DNA from: Bacteroidales bacterium
Lineage (GTDB): Bacteria; Bacteroidota; Bacteroidia; Bacteroidales; P3
Direction: 5' to 3'
DNA: 64,000 bases
Assembly (NCBI GenBank): GCA_017448905.1
Contig: JAFSKP010000060.1
Location: 15,867-79,866, forward strand
The position numbers were made by a program, and so were the translations under genes. Position 1 is the first letter of the stretch; each line of letters begins with the position of its first letter. Below, in pieces: positions 44,728 through 52,857 of the stretch. The notes under the pieces were generated by a model. The model was not told where the DNA came from. It saw only the letters and a program-made list of their open reading frames with translations, and ran no database searches.

Positions 44728-45060
44728 ATGGAAATAACGGTAGAAGACTTTGACAAGGTGGATGTGCGCATCGGCACGATTGTGGCGGTGGACATCAACA
44801 AGAAAGCCCGCCATCCGGCCTACAAGCTCACGGTGGATTTGGGCGAGGAACTCGGCACCAAGACCTCGTCGGCGCAAATCACCGACCTCTACACCCCCGA
44901 GCAGCTCCTTGGACGGCAGGCGGTGTTCTGCGTCAACCTCAAGCCGATGCACATCGGAAGCGTGAAGAGCGAAGTCCGCATCCTCGGCAGCGAAAGCGAA
45001 GGCGGCGTGGTGCTGCTGCAACCGACAATGCAAGTGAAAAACGGAGACAAGATATTCTGA
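44728..45060 (+). CDS. tRNA-binding domain protein (CsaA-like)
   Basis: FDKVDVRIGTIVAV...YKLTVDLGEELGTKTSSAQIT...VNLKPMHIGSVKSE. Confidence 0.8.
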   Translation: MEITVEDFDKVDVRIGTIVAVDINKKARHPAYKLTVDLGEELGTKTSSAQITDLYTPEQLLGRQAVFCVNLKPMHIGSVKSEVRILGSESEGGVVLLQPTMQVKNGDKIF

Positions 45061-45061
45061 C

Positions 45062-45253
45062 ATGCCCGAACTGACCCAAATACTGACCATCTACCTTGTC
45101 ACCATCAACGTGGCCACGTTCTTCGTGTACGGCCTCGACAAGTGGAAGGCCAAACAGTCCAGGTGGCGCGTCAGGGAGGCGGCTCTGCTTCTGCTGGCCG
45201 TCCCCGGAGGCAGCATAGGGGCATGGCTGGGAATGAAGGGGATGATCCTGTGA
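45062..45253 (+). CDS. DUF1294 membrane protein (short)
   Basis: FFVYGLDKWKAKQSRWRVREAALLLLAVPGGSIGAWLGM. Confidence 0.55.
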   Translation: MPELTQILTIYLVTINVATFFVYGLDKWKAKQSRWRVREAALLLLAVPGGSIGAWLGMKGMIL

Positions 45254-45272
45254 AACCAAAATTGGAAATAGA

Positions 45273-45890
45273 ATGAAAGTACTGCTGATAAACGGAAGTT
45301 CGCGCGCCAAAGGCAACACGCGGATTGCATTGGAAGAGGTCGCGAAGACCTTGAAGGAAAACGGAATAGATTACGAGATTGCCGGTATCGGCACCAAGGC
45401 GGTGCATGGCTGCATAGCCTGTCTCCGCTGCCGCGACCTTGGACGCTGCGTCTTCGACGACGACCAGTGCAACGCCTTCGCGGAGAAGCTGGCCGAGAGC
45501 GATGCCATAGTGGTGGGTACGCCCACATACTACGGCCAGCCCAACGGAGCCTTGCTCGCCCTGATGCAGAGGGTGTTCTACTCACGCCCCGACCTCGCGC
45601 AGAACAAGCCAGCTGCGGGCGTGGCCGTCTGCCGCCGTGGAGGAGCCACGGCTGCGCTGCAGTCGCTGAATATGATGTTCCAGCTGCTCAACATGCCGAT
45701 GGTCACGTCCCAGTACTGGAACATCGTCTACGGACTCGAGCAGGGGCAGGCGGCACTCGACACGGAGGGTATGCAGACCATGCGCACGCTTGGCAACAAC
45801 ATGGCCTTCCTGCTGAAACGCATCCACTCCGAGGAGCCGGTGCAGTACCCAGAAAGGGAGGCATGGGAGCCGATGCATTTTATCAGATAA
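45273..45890 (+). CDS. Flavodoxin-like / iron-sulfur flavoprotein family NAD(P)H oxidoreductase
   Basis: MKVLLINGSSRAKGNT, HGCIACLRC and IVVGTPTYYG. Confidence 0.8.
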   Translation: MKVLLINGSSRAKGNTRIALEEVAKTLKENGIDYEIAGIGTKAVHGCIACLRCRDLGRCVFDDDQCNAFAEKLAESDAIVVGTPTYYGQPNGALLALMQRVFYSRPDLAQNKPAAGVAVCRRGGATAALQSLNMMFQLLNMPMVTSQYWNIVYGLEQGQAALDTEGMQTMRTLGNNMAFLLKRIHSEEPVQYPEREAWEPMHFIR

Positions 45891-45902
45891 TTGAAAGAAA
45901 CC

Positions 45903-46215
45903 ATGAACAACCATTCCTGGAATATTGACACCGAGTTGACCGGCAGGCTGATGCGTCTTGTCGAAGAGGAGGATTGATTCCGATGTCACCGCCGACCTCT
46001 GCGATGGTTGCCGAGCCTGCATAGAGGCTTGTCCGTGCGGTGCGTTGTCGGAAGGGGGATATGATGCCGAGCGTTGCCGCCAGTACCGCGACAACCCCGG
46101 ACATCAGGAGCGTGCCTCCACCCACACCGTGATGAAGTGTATGCGCTGCATGACTTCCTGCGACAAGAAACGAATCAAAGAGGCAATAAAACAAATCAAA
46201 GACACAATAAAATGA
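45903..46215 (+). pseudogene. Frameshifted remnant of a 4Fe-4S ferredoxin-domain protein
   Basis: A 24-codon ORF (MNNHSWNIDTELTGRLMRLVEEED*) is followed in another frame by CDGCRACIEACPCGAL. There is no full-length domain context. Confidence 0.35.
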
Positions 46216-47423
46216 AGAAAGCACTATTCCTCGCTGTTGCGGCGCTGATGTTCGCCGCCTGCGGAACGAAAGAGAAAAAGACCGACATGAAGTACCGACC
46301 GTTGGGTAACACCGGCCTCATGGTCAGCGAAATAAGTATCGGATGCGGCGGATTCGAGAAACTCGACAGCGCGGCATCGCTGGAGCTGATGACGATGGCG
46401 CTCGACAGCGGCATGAACTATATCGACCTCTACGACTGCACGCCCGTGACGCGTTCCAATATCGGCTACGCCCTGCAGGGTCGCCGTGACGAGATGATTA
46501 TCCAAGGCCATATTGGAACCATCTACAAAGACGGCCAGCACTGCCGCACCCGTGACGTGGAGGAGTGCAAAGCCAGTTTCCAAGACCTCCTTGGTCGTCT
46601 CCATACCGACCATATCGAGGTGGGCATGATACATATCACCGACAGCCGCGAGGAATGGGAGGAGATTCAGAACTCGCCCTTCCTCGACTATGTATTCCAA
46701 CTCAAGAAAGAGGGAAAAATCAAGCATATTGGCCTCAGCAGCCACAATGCGGAAGTTGCTCTGATGGCTGCCAAGAGCGGCTGGGTGGAGGTGATAATGT
46801 TCTCCCTCAACCCCGCCTTCGACCGTCTGCGCGGAGGTGCCATCCCGTGGGAGAAGGGTGCGATGGACAACCTGCAGGCCGGCATCGACCCCGTGCGGGT
46901 GGAGTTCTACGACTACTGCGCCACACACAATATCGCTGTGACGGTGATGAAGACCTTCGGAGGCGGAGGCCGTCTGCTGGATGAGAAGACCTCGCCCCTC
47001 GGAGTGGCCTATACTCCGGAACAGTGCATCGCCTACTGCCTCGCCAAGCCGTGCATCTCCACCTGCATCCTCGGTATCGACAACCTCGATGAGCTGAAGG
47101 CCGACCTTCACTGGATGCACGCCACCGATGCGGAGAAGGACTATACCGCCGTCGGCAAGAAGGAGCAGGCCAAACAGGAGGGCGGATGCACCTATTGCAA
47201 CCATTGCTCCCCCTGCACCCAGGGCATTCCCATCGCCAAAGTCAACGAACTGCTCGACAAAGCGGAGACCGACGGCTTGACTCCCGAATTGCAGGCCAAG
47301 TATGACACGCTCCCCCACCATGCCGGTGAATGCACCCATTGCGGTGCCTGTATGAGCCGCTGCCCCTTCGGAGTGGACATCCCTGCGAAGATGGATAAGG
47401 CCAGGGAGGTGTTTGGGAAGTAA
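46212..47423 (+). CDS. Aldo/keto reductase with lipoprotein signal and C-terminal 4Fe-4S-binding segment
   Basis: Lipobox LMFAAC. YRPLGNTGLMVSEISIGCG, and C-terminal CTYCNHCSPC...CTHCGACMSRCP. Confidence 0.85.
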   Translation: MKKALFLAVAALMFAACGTKEKKTDMKYRPLGNTGLMVSEISIGCGGFEKLDSAASLELMTMALDSGMNYIDLYDCTPVTRSNIGYALQGRRDEMIIQGHIGTIYKDGQHCRTRDVEECKASFQDLLGRLHTDHIEVGMIHITDSREEWEEIQNSPFLDYVFQLKKEGKIKHIGLSSHNAEVALMAAKSGWVEVIMFSLNPAFDRLRGGAIPWEKGAMDNLQAGIDPVRVEFYDYCATHNIAVTVMKTFGGGGRLLDEKTSPLGVAYTPEQCIAYCLAKPCISTCILGIDNLDELKADLHWMHATDAEKDYTAVGKKEQAKQEGGCTYCNHCSPCTQGIPIAKVNELLDKAETDGLTPELQAKYDTLPHHAGECTHCGACMSRCPFGVDIPAKMDKAREVFGK

Positions 47424-47442
47424 AAGACAAAACAATAGAGAT

Positions 47443-47673
47443 ATGACACACGGACATGAAGTCCTTGCCATGATGCAGGGACACAGCTATACGGAGAAGA
47501 GCCTTCTTGAGGCCATCATCGCCAAGTTCGGCGCGGATGAGCGCTTCTACACCTGCAGCGCGGACAACCTCACCGCCCAGGGGCTGATAGACTTCCTCAA
47601 GGAACACGGCAAGTTCATGCCGATGGAGGACGGCTTCACGGTAGACACCACCAAAGTTTGCGACAACGAATAG
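47443..47673 (+). CDS. YecH-like (DUF2492) metal-binding protein
   Basis: MTHGHEVLAMM...FYTCSADNLTAQGLIDFL. Confidence 0.6.
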   Translation: MTHGHEVLAMMQGHSYTEKSLLEAIIAKFGADERFYTCSADNLTAQGLIDFLKEHGKFMPMEDGFTVDTTKVCDNE

Positions 47674-47726
47674 AGATTAAACTACCGATTATGATAGACT
47701 AAATCATAGAATACAACAAGCGTTTC

Positions 47727-48092
47727 GTGGCGGAGAAAGGCTACGAGCGTTACCGGACGGACAAGTACCCTGGCAAAATAATTGGTGTAAAGACAGAAAG
47801 GTTGTTTCCATTCCGTATGACACAGAAAGTGAGGGTACATCCCGTTCAGATGGATGTTCTGTGTGTAATCCAGAAGAGTTTCGGCTGCGGTTTCGCGGCA
47901 ATAGAGGTGCTTCATTGTGACAAGTGCAGCAAGAAGAAAGAGTGGAACAAATTTGACATGGTTACAGACGGAGATCTCGATTGCCCGTGTGGAGGTATGT
48001 ACACCGATGATGCTCCCATACGATGCCCCAAGTGCAAGTCATTGATAGATGAAAAGACATTGGATGAGGGAATTGTGATGATGTGGGATTAG
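47727..48092 (+). CDS. Hypothetical Cys-rich (zinc-ribbon-like) protein; start uncertain
   Basis: CDKC...CPCGG...CPKC. GTG start in the ORF track. No family was recognised. Confidence 0.3.
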   Translation: MAEKGYERYRTDKYPGKIIGVKTERLFPFRMTQKVRVHPVQMDVLCVIQKSFGCGFAAIEVLHCDKCSKKKEWNKFDMVTDGDLDCPCGGMYTDDAPIRCPKCKSLIDEKTLDEGIVMMWD

Positions 48093-48111
48093 TGTGGAAT
48101 AATACACCCTA

Positions 48112-48203
48112 ATCTCCAAAATTTGCACATTTCACCATCTTATTCTCTAAAATTTGTAATTTACTTTCGTATATTCTCTAAAATTTGTATATTTATATTT
48201 CCA
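48112..48203 (+). repeat. Three 30-31-bp direct-repeat units upstream of an ATPase gene
   Basis: ATCTCCAAAATTTGCACAT / ATTCTCTAAAATTTGTAAT / ATTCTCTAAAATTTGTATAT, starting at 48112, 48142 and 48173. Confidence 0.65.
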
Positions 48204-48279
48204 ACTATAAAAATATTATTTTTTTTGTAGTTTGAAATATAAATCGTATCTTTGCATTGTCAAACAAAATATAATAATT

Positions 48280-49485
48280 ATGGATATATCTGATATTCAG
48301 CCATTATACGATACGTTTTATCGCAAAATCGACAAAATTAGTCTTCGATTCAAGAGGTATTTGTACGACCAGATACATTGGAATGCAAGAATCATTGGCA
48401 TAAAAGGAGCTCGCGGCGTTGGCAAAACGACAATGCTGCTGCAACATATACGAGAGAATTATTCCGACATCAGCAAGACCCTGTATGCTTCCCTCGATGA
48501 CCTTTGGTTTTCCTCCCATTCTCTTATTGACCTTGTGGATTGGGCAGACCGTCACGGAATCACACGTTTGTACCTTGACGAAGTTCACCGCTATGAGAAC
48601 TGGTCTCAGACCTTGAAGAATATCTACGATAACTATCCAGACATGGGCATAATCTATACCAGCAGCTCCATATTGATTATGGATAATGCAAAGGTGGATT
48701 TATCCCGCCGACAGACCGTCTACACGCTTTATGGGCTGTCGTTCCGAGAGTACCTGGCTTTCGAGGATGTTGTGCACATCGATCCCGTTCCGTTTGATGA
48801 ACTGCTCGAGACACATGTGCAGAAAGCAATGCAGATTGTCAAGAACGTGAAGATTGCCCCTTTGTTTGAGGGCTATCTGGAGCATGGGTATTATCCTTTT
48901 TATAAAGAGATGCCAGAGGATTTCCAAAGTCGGTTGAGGGATGCTGTTTCTACCGTTATCGACAACGACCTTCCTTCCGTGGAGAATGTCTCGTTTGAAA
49001 CTATCCAAAAGGTTCGCAGACTGTTGATGATAATCAGTGAGCGTGTTCCGTTTGAACCTAACATGTCCGAGCTTTGGAAACAACTCTCTACAAACAACGA
49101 ACTTGGACTCAGGATGCTCTATGCGCTCGACAAGGCACAGATTCTGACGCTTCTCACTTCCAAGGTAAAGAACTACAAGTACCTGTACAAGCCGGACAAG
49201 ATATTCCTCAACAACCCAAACCTTATGCACGTCCTTTGCCCCAGGGTGGACAAGGGAAATGAGAGGGAAACTTTCTTTGCGAGCCAGCTGCAAGCAACCA
49301 CCGACATCAAGCATCCCAAGCAGGGCGACTTCCTTGTGGCGGACAAATACCTTTTTGAAGTTGGAGGGAAAAACAAGACATTTGATCAGATAGCCGATAT
49401 GCCGGACAGTTATCTTGCTGTGGACGATACGGAAATTGGTCATGGATGCCGTATTCCTTTGTGGTTGTTTGGACTGACCTATTAG
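48280..49485 (+). CDS. COG1373-type AAA ATPase (DUF4143)
   Basis: Walker A GARGVGKTT, Walker B LYLDEVH. A -7 box TATCTTTG lies at 48247-48254, so the ATG at 48280 is preferred over 48232. Confidence 0.8.
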   Translation: MDISDIQPLYDTFYRKIDKISLRFKRYLYDQIHWNARIIGIKGARGVGKTTMLLQHIRENYSDISKTLYASLDDLWFSSHSLIDLVDWADRHGITRLYLDEVHRYENWSQTLKNIYDNYPDMGIIYTSSSILIMDNAKVDLSRRQTVYTLYGLSFREYLAFEDVVHIDPVPFDELLETHVQKAMQIVKNVKIAPLFEGYLEHGYYPFYKEMPEDFQSRLRDAVSTVIDNDLPSVENVSFETIQKVRRLLMIISERVPFEPNMSELWKQLSTNNELGLRMLYALDKAQILTLLTSKVKNYKYLYKPDKIFLNNPNLMHVLCPRVDKGNERETFFASQLQATTDIKHPKQGDFLVADKYLFEVGGKNKTFDQIADMPDSYLAVDDTEIGHGCRIPLWLFGLTY

Positions 49486-49622
49486 CAAAAAAAGAGGTGT
49501 GGCTCTCCATCCTGCTGGCCGCTGCGGTGGCGCTCCGCCTCTATCTGACGAGTGAATGAAAGTATATTTTAATAAACTTTTTCTTTTACATTAAGAAAAA
49601 ATTGTATTTTTGTACCATAAAA

Positions 49623-49638
49623 GTTTATTATAATAAAC
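49623..49638. promoter_or_regulatory. Perfect 16-bp palindrome GTTTATTATAATAAAC between the promoter and the HTH gene (operator candidate)
   Basis: The -7 box TATTTTTG lies at 49605-49612 and the ATG at 49643. A further half-site AATAAAC lies at 49571-49577. Confidence 0.5.
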
Positions 49639-49642
49639 CTCT

Positions 49643-49843
49643 ATGGTATTGAGTGACACAATAAAAGAGCGTCGTGCGCAACTGAAAATTTCGCAGATTG
49701 ACCTTGCGGAGATGGCTGGCGTAAGCCTCGCCACGGTGAAGGATATTGAGCGCGGAAAAGGAAACCCGTGCCTCCAGACGGTGGAAAAGATCCTTGCCGT
49801 CCTGGGCATGGTGGTTGTATATCAGTTGAGGCAGACGATATAG
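49643..49843 (+). CDS. Xre-family HTH protein (HipB-like)
   Basis: IKERRAQLKISQIDLAEMAGVSLATVKDIERGKGNP. Confidence 0.8.
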   Translation: MVLSDTIKERRAQLKISQIDLAEMAGVSLATVKDIERGKGNPCLQTVEKILAVLGMVVVYQLRQTI

Positions 49844-49854
49844 GAGATTAGCGT

Positions 49855-50187
49855 ATGCGACAGTTGGAAATCTTATGGAATGGCGTGAATGCCGGCACCC
49901 TGACGGAACAGCTTCCTGGCAAGGGCTACCGCTTTGAGTATGCGCCGTCATATCTTGTAGGTGACAATCCACACATCTCGGTGACATTGCCGAAAAAGGA
50001 GGCCTCGTTTGAAAGCGACAGATTGTTCCCGTTTTTCGCCAACATGCTGCCGGAAGGAGCGTTGCGCCGTGTTGTGTGCCGACAGCACCATGTGGACGAG
50101 AACGACCTGTTTGGTATTCTCTGCGTCATGTCGGATGCCGATACCATCGGGGCGGTAAACGCAAAGGAGGTGAAAAATGAAGAATAA
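49855..50187 (+). CDS. HipA N-terminal-subdomain protein (HipS-like)
   Basis: 110 aa. NGVNAGTL...YRFEYAPSY...LFPFFANMLPEG matches the N-terminal subdomain of HipA. Confidence 0.8.
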   Translation: MRQLEILWNGVNAGTLTEQLPGKGYRFEYAPSYLVGDNPHISVTLPKKEASFESDRLFPFFANMLPEGALRRVVCRQHHVDENDLFGILCVMSDADTIGAVNAKEVKNEE

Positions 50188-51166
50188 CCCGTTGTTTGAC
50201 AAGGGTCGTGTGTCGCTGGCACTCGACTTCAACCTCGACGAGCGTCACCACACGGACGAGATGACCCATGCCATGCAGCTCATCTCGGTATCGGGAGTGC
50301 AGGAGAAGTTCCCCGCTGTGGTGGATGGCGGCAAGATACGTCTCGCCAGGGATGGGGAACGCTCCACACACATTCTGAAACCGGCTCCGTGGGATGCCAC
50401 CCTCAACGAGAACTGGCAGATTCCCGCCAACGAGCATCTGACAATGCAGATAGCCTCACTGGTGTACGGCATTGCCACAGCCGCCAACGGACTCTGCTCC
50501 ACTCCCAGCGGACATCCCGTCTATATCATCCGCCGTTTCGACATCAGCCCCGACGGAACGAAATATCCCATGGAGGATATGGCCACTTTGATTGGCAAGA
50601 GCGAGGCCGATGGCGGCACGGTGTTCAAATACCACGGCTCCTATATGGAGATTGCCGAGGCCATACGCCGCTATATCGAGGCATGGATGGTCGAGATGGA
50701 GCGTTTCTTCGAGCTGGTGGTGTTCAACTACATATACGCCAACGGCGACGCCCATCTGAAAAATTTCTCCATCATCCGCTATGCTGATGACTACCGGCTC
50801 ACACCGGCCTACGACCTGATGAATACCGCCCTCCATGTGCGTGACGAGGATTTAGCCCTCTCGGACGGTCTGTCTCCCGCCATACCGAAGAGCGATGCTT
50901 ATTCCCGAACAGGCCATCCGTGCCGTCAGGACTTTGAATGGTTCGGAAAGGAGATAGGACTTGTCGAGACCCGTGTGCGCCGCATCCTCGACAAGTACAC
51001 ATCCATTCCCGACATGACGCAGCAGCTCGTGCAGGGCAGCCAGCTGACGGAGAAACTTGGGCGCAGCTATCTGCACATCGTCGGTGAGCGCATCAGCAGG
51101 TTCAACCGTATTGACAAAGAAACGAACAACAGATCGGTCCCGTGCTGGCCGGTATCGATAAGATGA
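50177..51166 (+). CDS. HipA-family Ser/Thr kinase core (HipT-like toxin)
   Basis: ISVSGVQEKF (Gly-rich loop) and ANGDAHLKNFS (catalytic motif). It lacks the N-terminal subdomain, which is encoded by the previous gene. Confidence 0.8.
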   Translation: MKNNPLFDKGRVSLALDFNLDERHHTDEMTHAMQLISVSGVQEKFPAVVDGGKIRLARDGERSTHILKPAPWDATLNENWQIPANEHLTMQIASLVYGIATAANGLCSTPSGHPVYIIRRFDISPDGTKYPMEDMATLIGKSEADGGTVFKYHGSYMEIAEAIRRYIEAWMVEMERFFELVVFNYIYANGDAHLKNFSIIRYADDYRLTPAYDLMNTALHVRDEDLALSDGLSPAIPKSDAYSRTGHPCRQDFEWFGKEIGLVETRVRRILDKYTSIPDMTQQLVQGSQLTEKLGRSYLHIVGERISRFNRIDKETNNRSVPCWPVSIR

Positions 51167-51381
51167 AAACCTTCCGCATCCACGTCACGCGGCGGTCGGT
51201 GAATCTTATCAACGAGCTGCGGAACTACACGTGGGAGAGGGACAAGGACGGCAACTTCGTCAATGCTCCTATCGATGCCTTCAACCACGCTATCGACGCG
51301 GTGGGGTATTATGTGCTCGTGAAGCTGCTCGGTCGCATCCTCAAGACCGTTAGGATTACTGCAGACGACATTCTTTACTAA
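51142..51381 (+). pseudogene. C-terminal fragment of a phage terminase large subunit
   Basis: LINELRNYTWERDKDGNFVNAPIDAFNHAIDAVGYYV resembles the terminase nuclease-domain C-terminus. It is only about 75 codons and overlaps the end of the HipT-like ORF. Confidence 0.45.
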
Positions 51382-51383
51382 TC

Positions 51384-51546
51384 CGGAAAAAGTGTCATTT
51401 TTTCTCAAAAAAGCTCGGAAAAAGTGTCATTTCTTCACCGCTAACTGGATTGTATGGTAGAAAAAATGTAAAAAACATTTTTGTATATCGTAGAAAAAAT
51501 GTAATTTTGCAGTCGTCATTCGTACAGAAAAATGTAAATATTCTAT
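51384..51546 (+). repeat. Five ~33-bp phased direct-repeat units (2 + 3) abutting an ATPase start codon
   Basis: CGGAAAAAGTGTCATTT at 51384 and 51417. GTAGAAAAAATGTAA at 51457 and 51490, and GTACAGAAAAATGTAA at 51522. The ATG is at 51547. Confidence 0.7.
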
Positions 51547-52857
51547 ATGAAACGATTGTTATATAAAGAGTTACTGCTTTGGAAAGAAAGTAAGGACAGA
51601 AAGCCGCTTATCTTGAATGGAGCGAGACAGGTGGGGAAAACGTGGCTTCTGCAATCCTTCGGTGAGTCGGAATACAAAAAAATGGCGTACATCAGCTGCG
51701 AGAAACTCTCCGGCCTTGAATCTGTGTTCGCGGACTTCGATACCAGGCGTATCGTCAGGGCGTTGTCGGCAATCTCCCATGTGGACATCACGCCATCGGA
51801 CACGTTGGTCATCATCGACGAGGTTCAGGAGTATCCGCGTGCTTTGACCGCTCTGAAATACTTCTGTGAGGATGCTCCCGAATACCACATTGCCGTTGCC
51901 GGTTCCCTGCTGGGTGTAACATTGCACAGAGGTGTTTCTTTCCCCGTCGGCAAGGTTGACATCCTCCAGCTTTACCCCATGACATTCTCGGAGTTCGTCG
52001 AGGCTGTGGACGGTGAACAGTCCGCCGAGGTTCTTCGGAGCGGTGACTGGCCTCTCATAGGTTCGCTGCACTCCCATTATGTTGAACTGCTCCGGCAATA
52101 TTATTTCGTCGGCGGAATGCCTGGAGCCGTTTCTTCCTACTGCGAAGGGGCAGGGCCTGCCGCCGTAAGCAAGATACTTCAGCGTATCTTGCAGGGATAT
52201 GCGGATGATTTCTCCAAACATGCCGACAACAAGGAAGTTCCGCGCATCAAAATGATATGGGAAGGCATACCGCGCAGCCTTGCCAAAGAGAACAAGAAGT
52301 TCCGGTACAAGGACATCCAGACAGGAGGCAGGGCCTCGCAGTTTGAGATTGCACTCCAGTGGCTGATGGACACCGGCCTCGCCTACAAGGTGAACAGAAT
52401 CACCGAACCGAGGATGCCGCTGAAATTCTACGAGGAGTCATCCATATTCAAACTGTTTATGCTGGATGTGGGATTGCTCGGCCAGCAGATGCTTGTTCCT
52501 GCGGAGAATGTGCTTGTCGGTGACAATATTTTCTCCGAGTATAAGGGTGCGTTCACCGAACAGTATGTGTTCTCACAAATGGCCACAACGGAGATACCCA
52601 TTCATTATTTCAGCAGCAACGATTCGAGGGTGGAGGTGGATTTTGTAGTCCAGATTGGGAGCGACATCATCCCGATTGAGGCAAAGTCCGAGGAGAACGC
52701 GAGGTCTAAATCTTTGAAGACGTATGTCGACAAGTACCCTGGCTTGAAAGGTGTCAGGTTCTCCATGAAGCCTTACATCGACCAAGGCTGGATGGAAAAC
52801 ATCCCGCTGTATGCAGTGGAAACATTCGTGAACAAGAAAAAGGGCATGAGAATATGA
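51547..52857 (+). CDS. COG1373-type AAA ATPase (DUF4143)
   Basis: Walker A GARQVGKTW, Walker B VIIDEVQ, and the C-terminal DUF4143 block EVDFVV...IPIEAKS. Confidence 0.85.
   Translation: MKRLLYKELLLWKESKDRKPLILNGARQVGKTWLLQSFGESEYKKMAYISCEKLSGLESVFADFDTRRIVRALSAISHVDITPSDTLVIIDEVQEYPRALTALKYFCEDAPEYHIAVAGSLLGVTLHRGVSFPVGKVDILQLYPMTFSEFVEAVDGEQSAEVLRSGDWPLIGSLHSHYVELLRQYYFVGGMPGAVSSYCEGAGPAAVSKILQRILQGYADDFSKHADNKEVPRIKMIWEGIPRSLAKENKKFRYKDIQTGGRASQFEIALQWLMDTGLAYKVNRITEPRMPLKFYEESSIFKLFMLDVGLLGQQMLVPAENVLVGDNIFSEYKGAFTEQYVFSQMATTEIPIHYFSSNDSRVEVDFVVQIGSDIIPIEAKSEENARSKSLKTYVDKYPGLKGVRFSMKPYIDQGWMENIPLYAVETFVNKKKGMRI

Noticed and set aside
51142-52857. An integrated prophage, suggested by the terminase similarity.
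   Set aside because: Only a ~75-codon terminase fragment is present. No portal, capsid, tail, integrase or att-like features were seen, so it is annotated as a remnant only.
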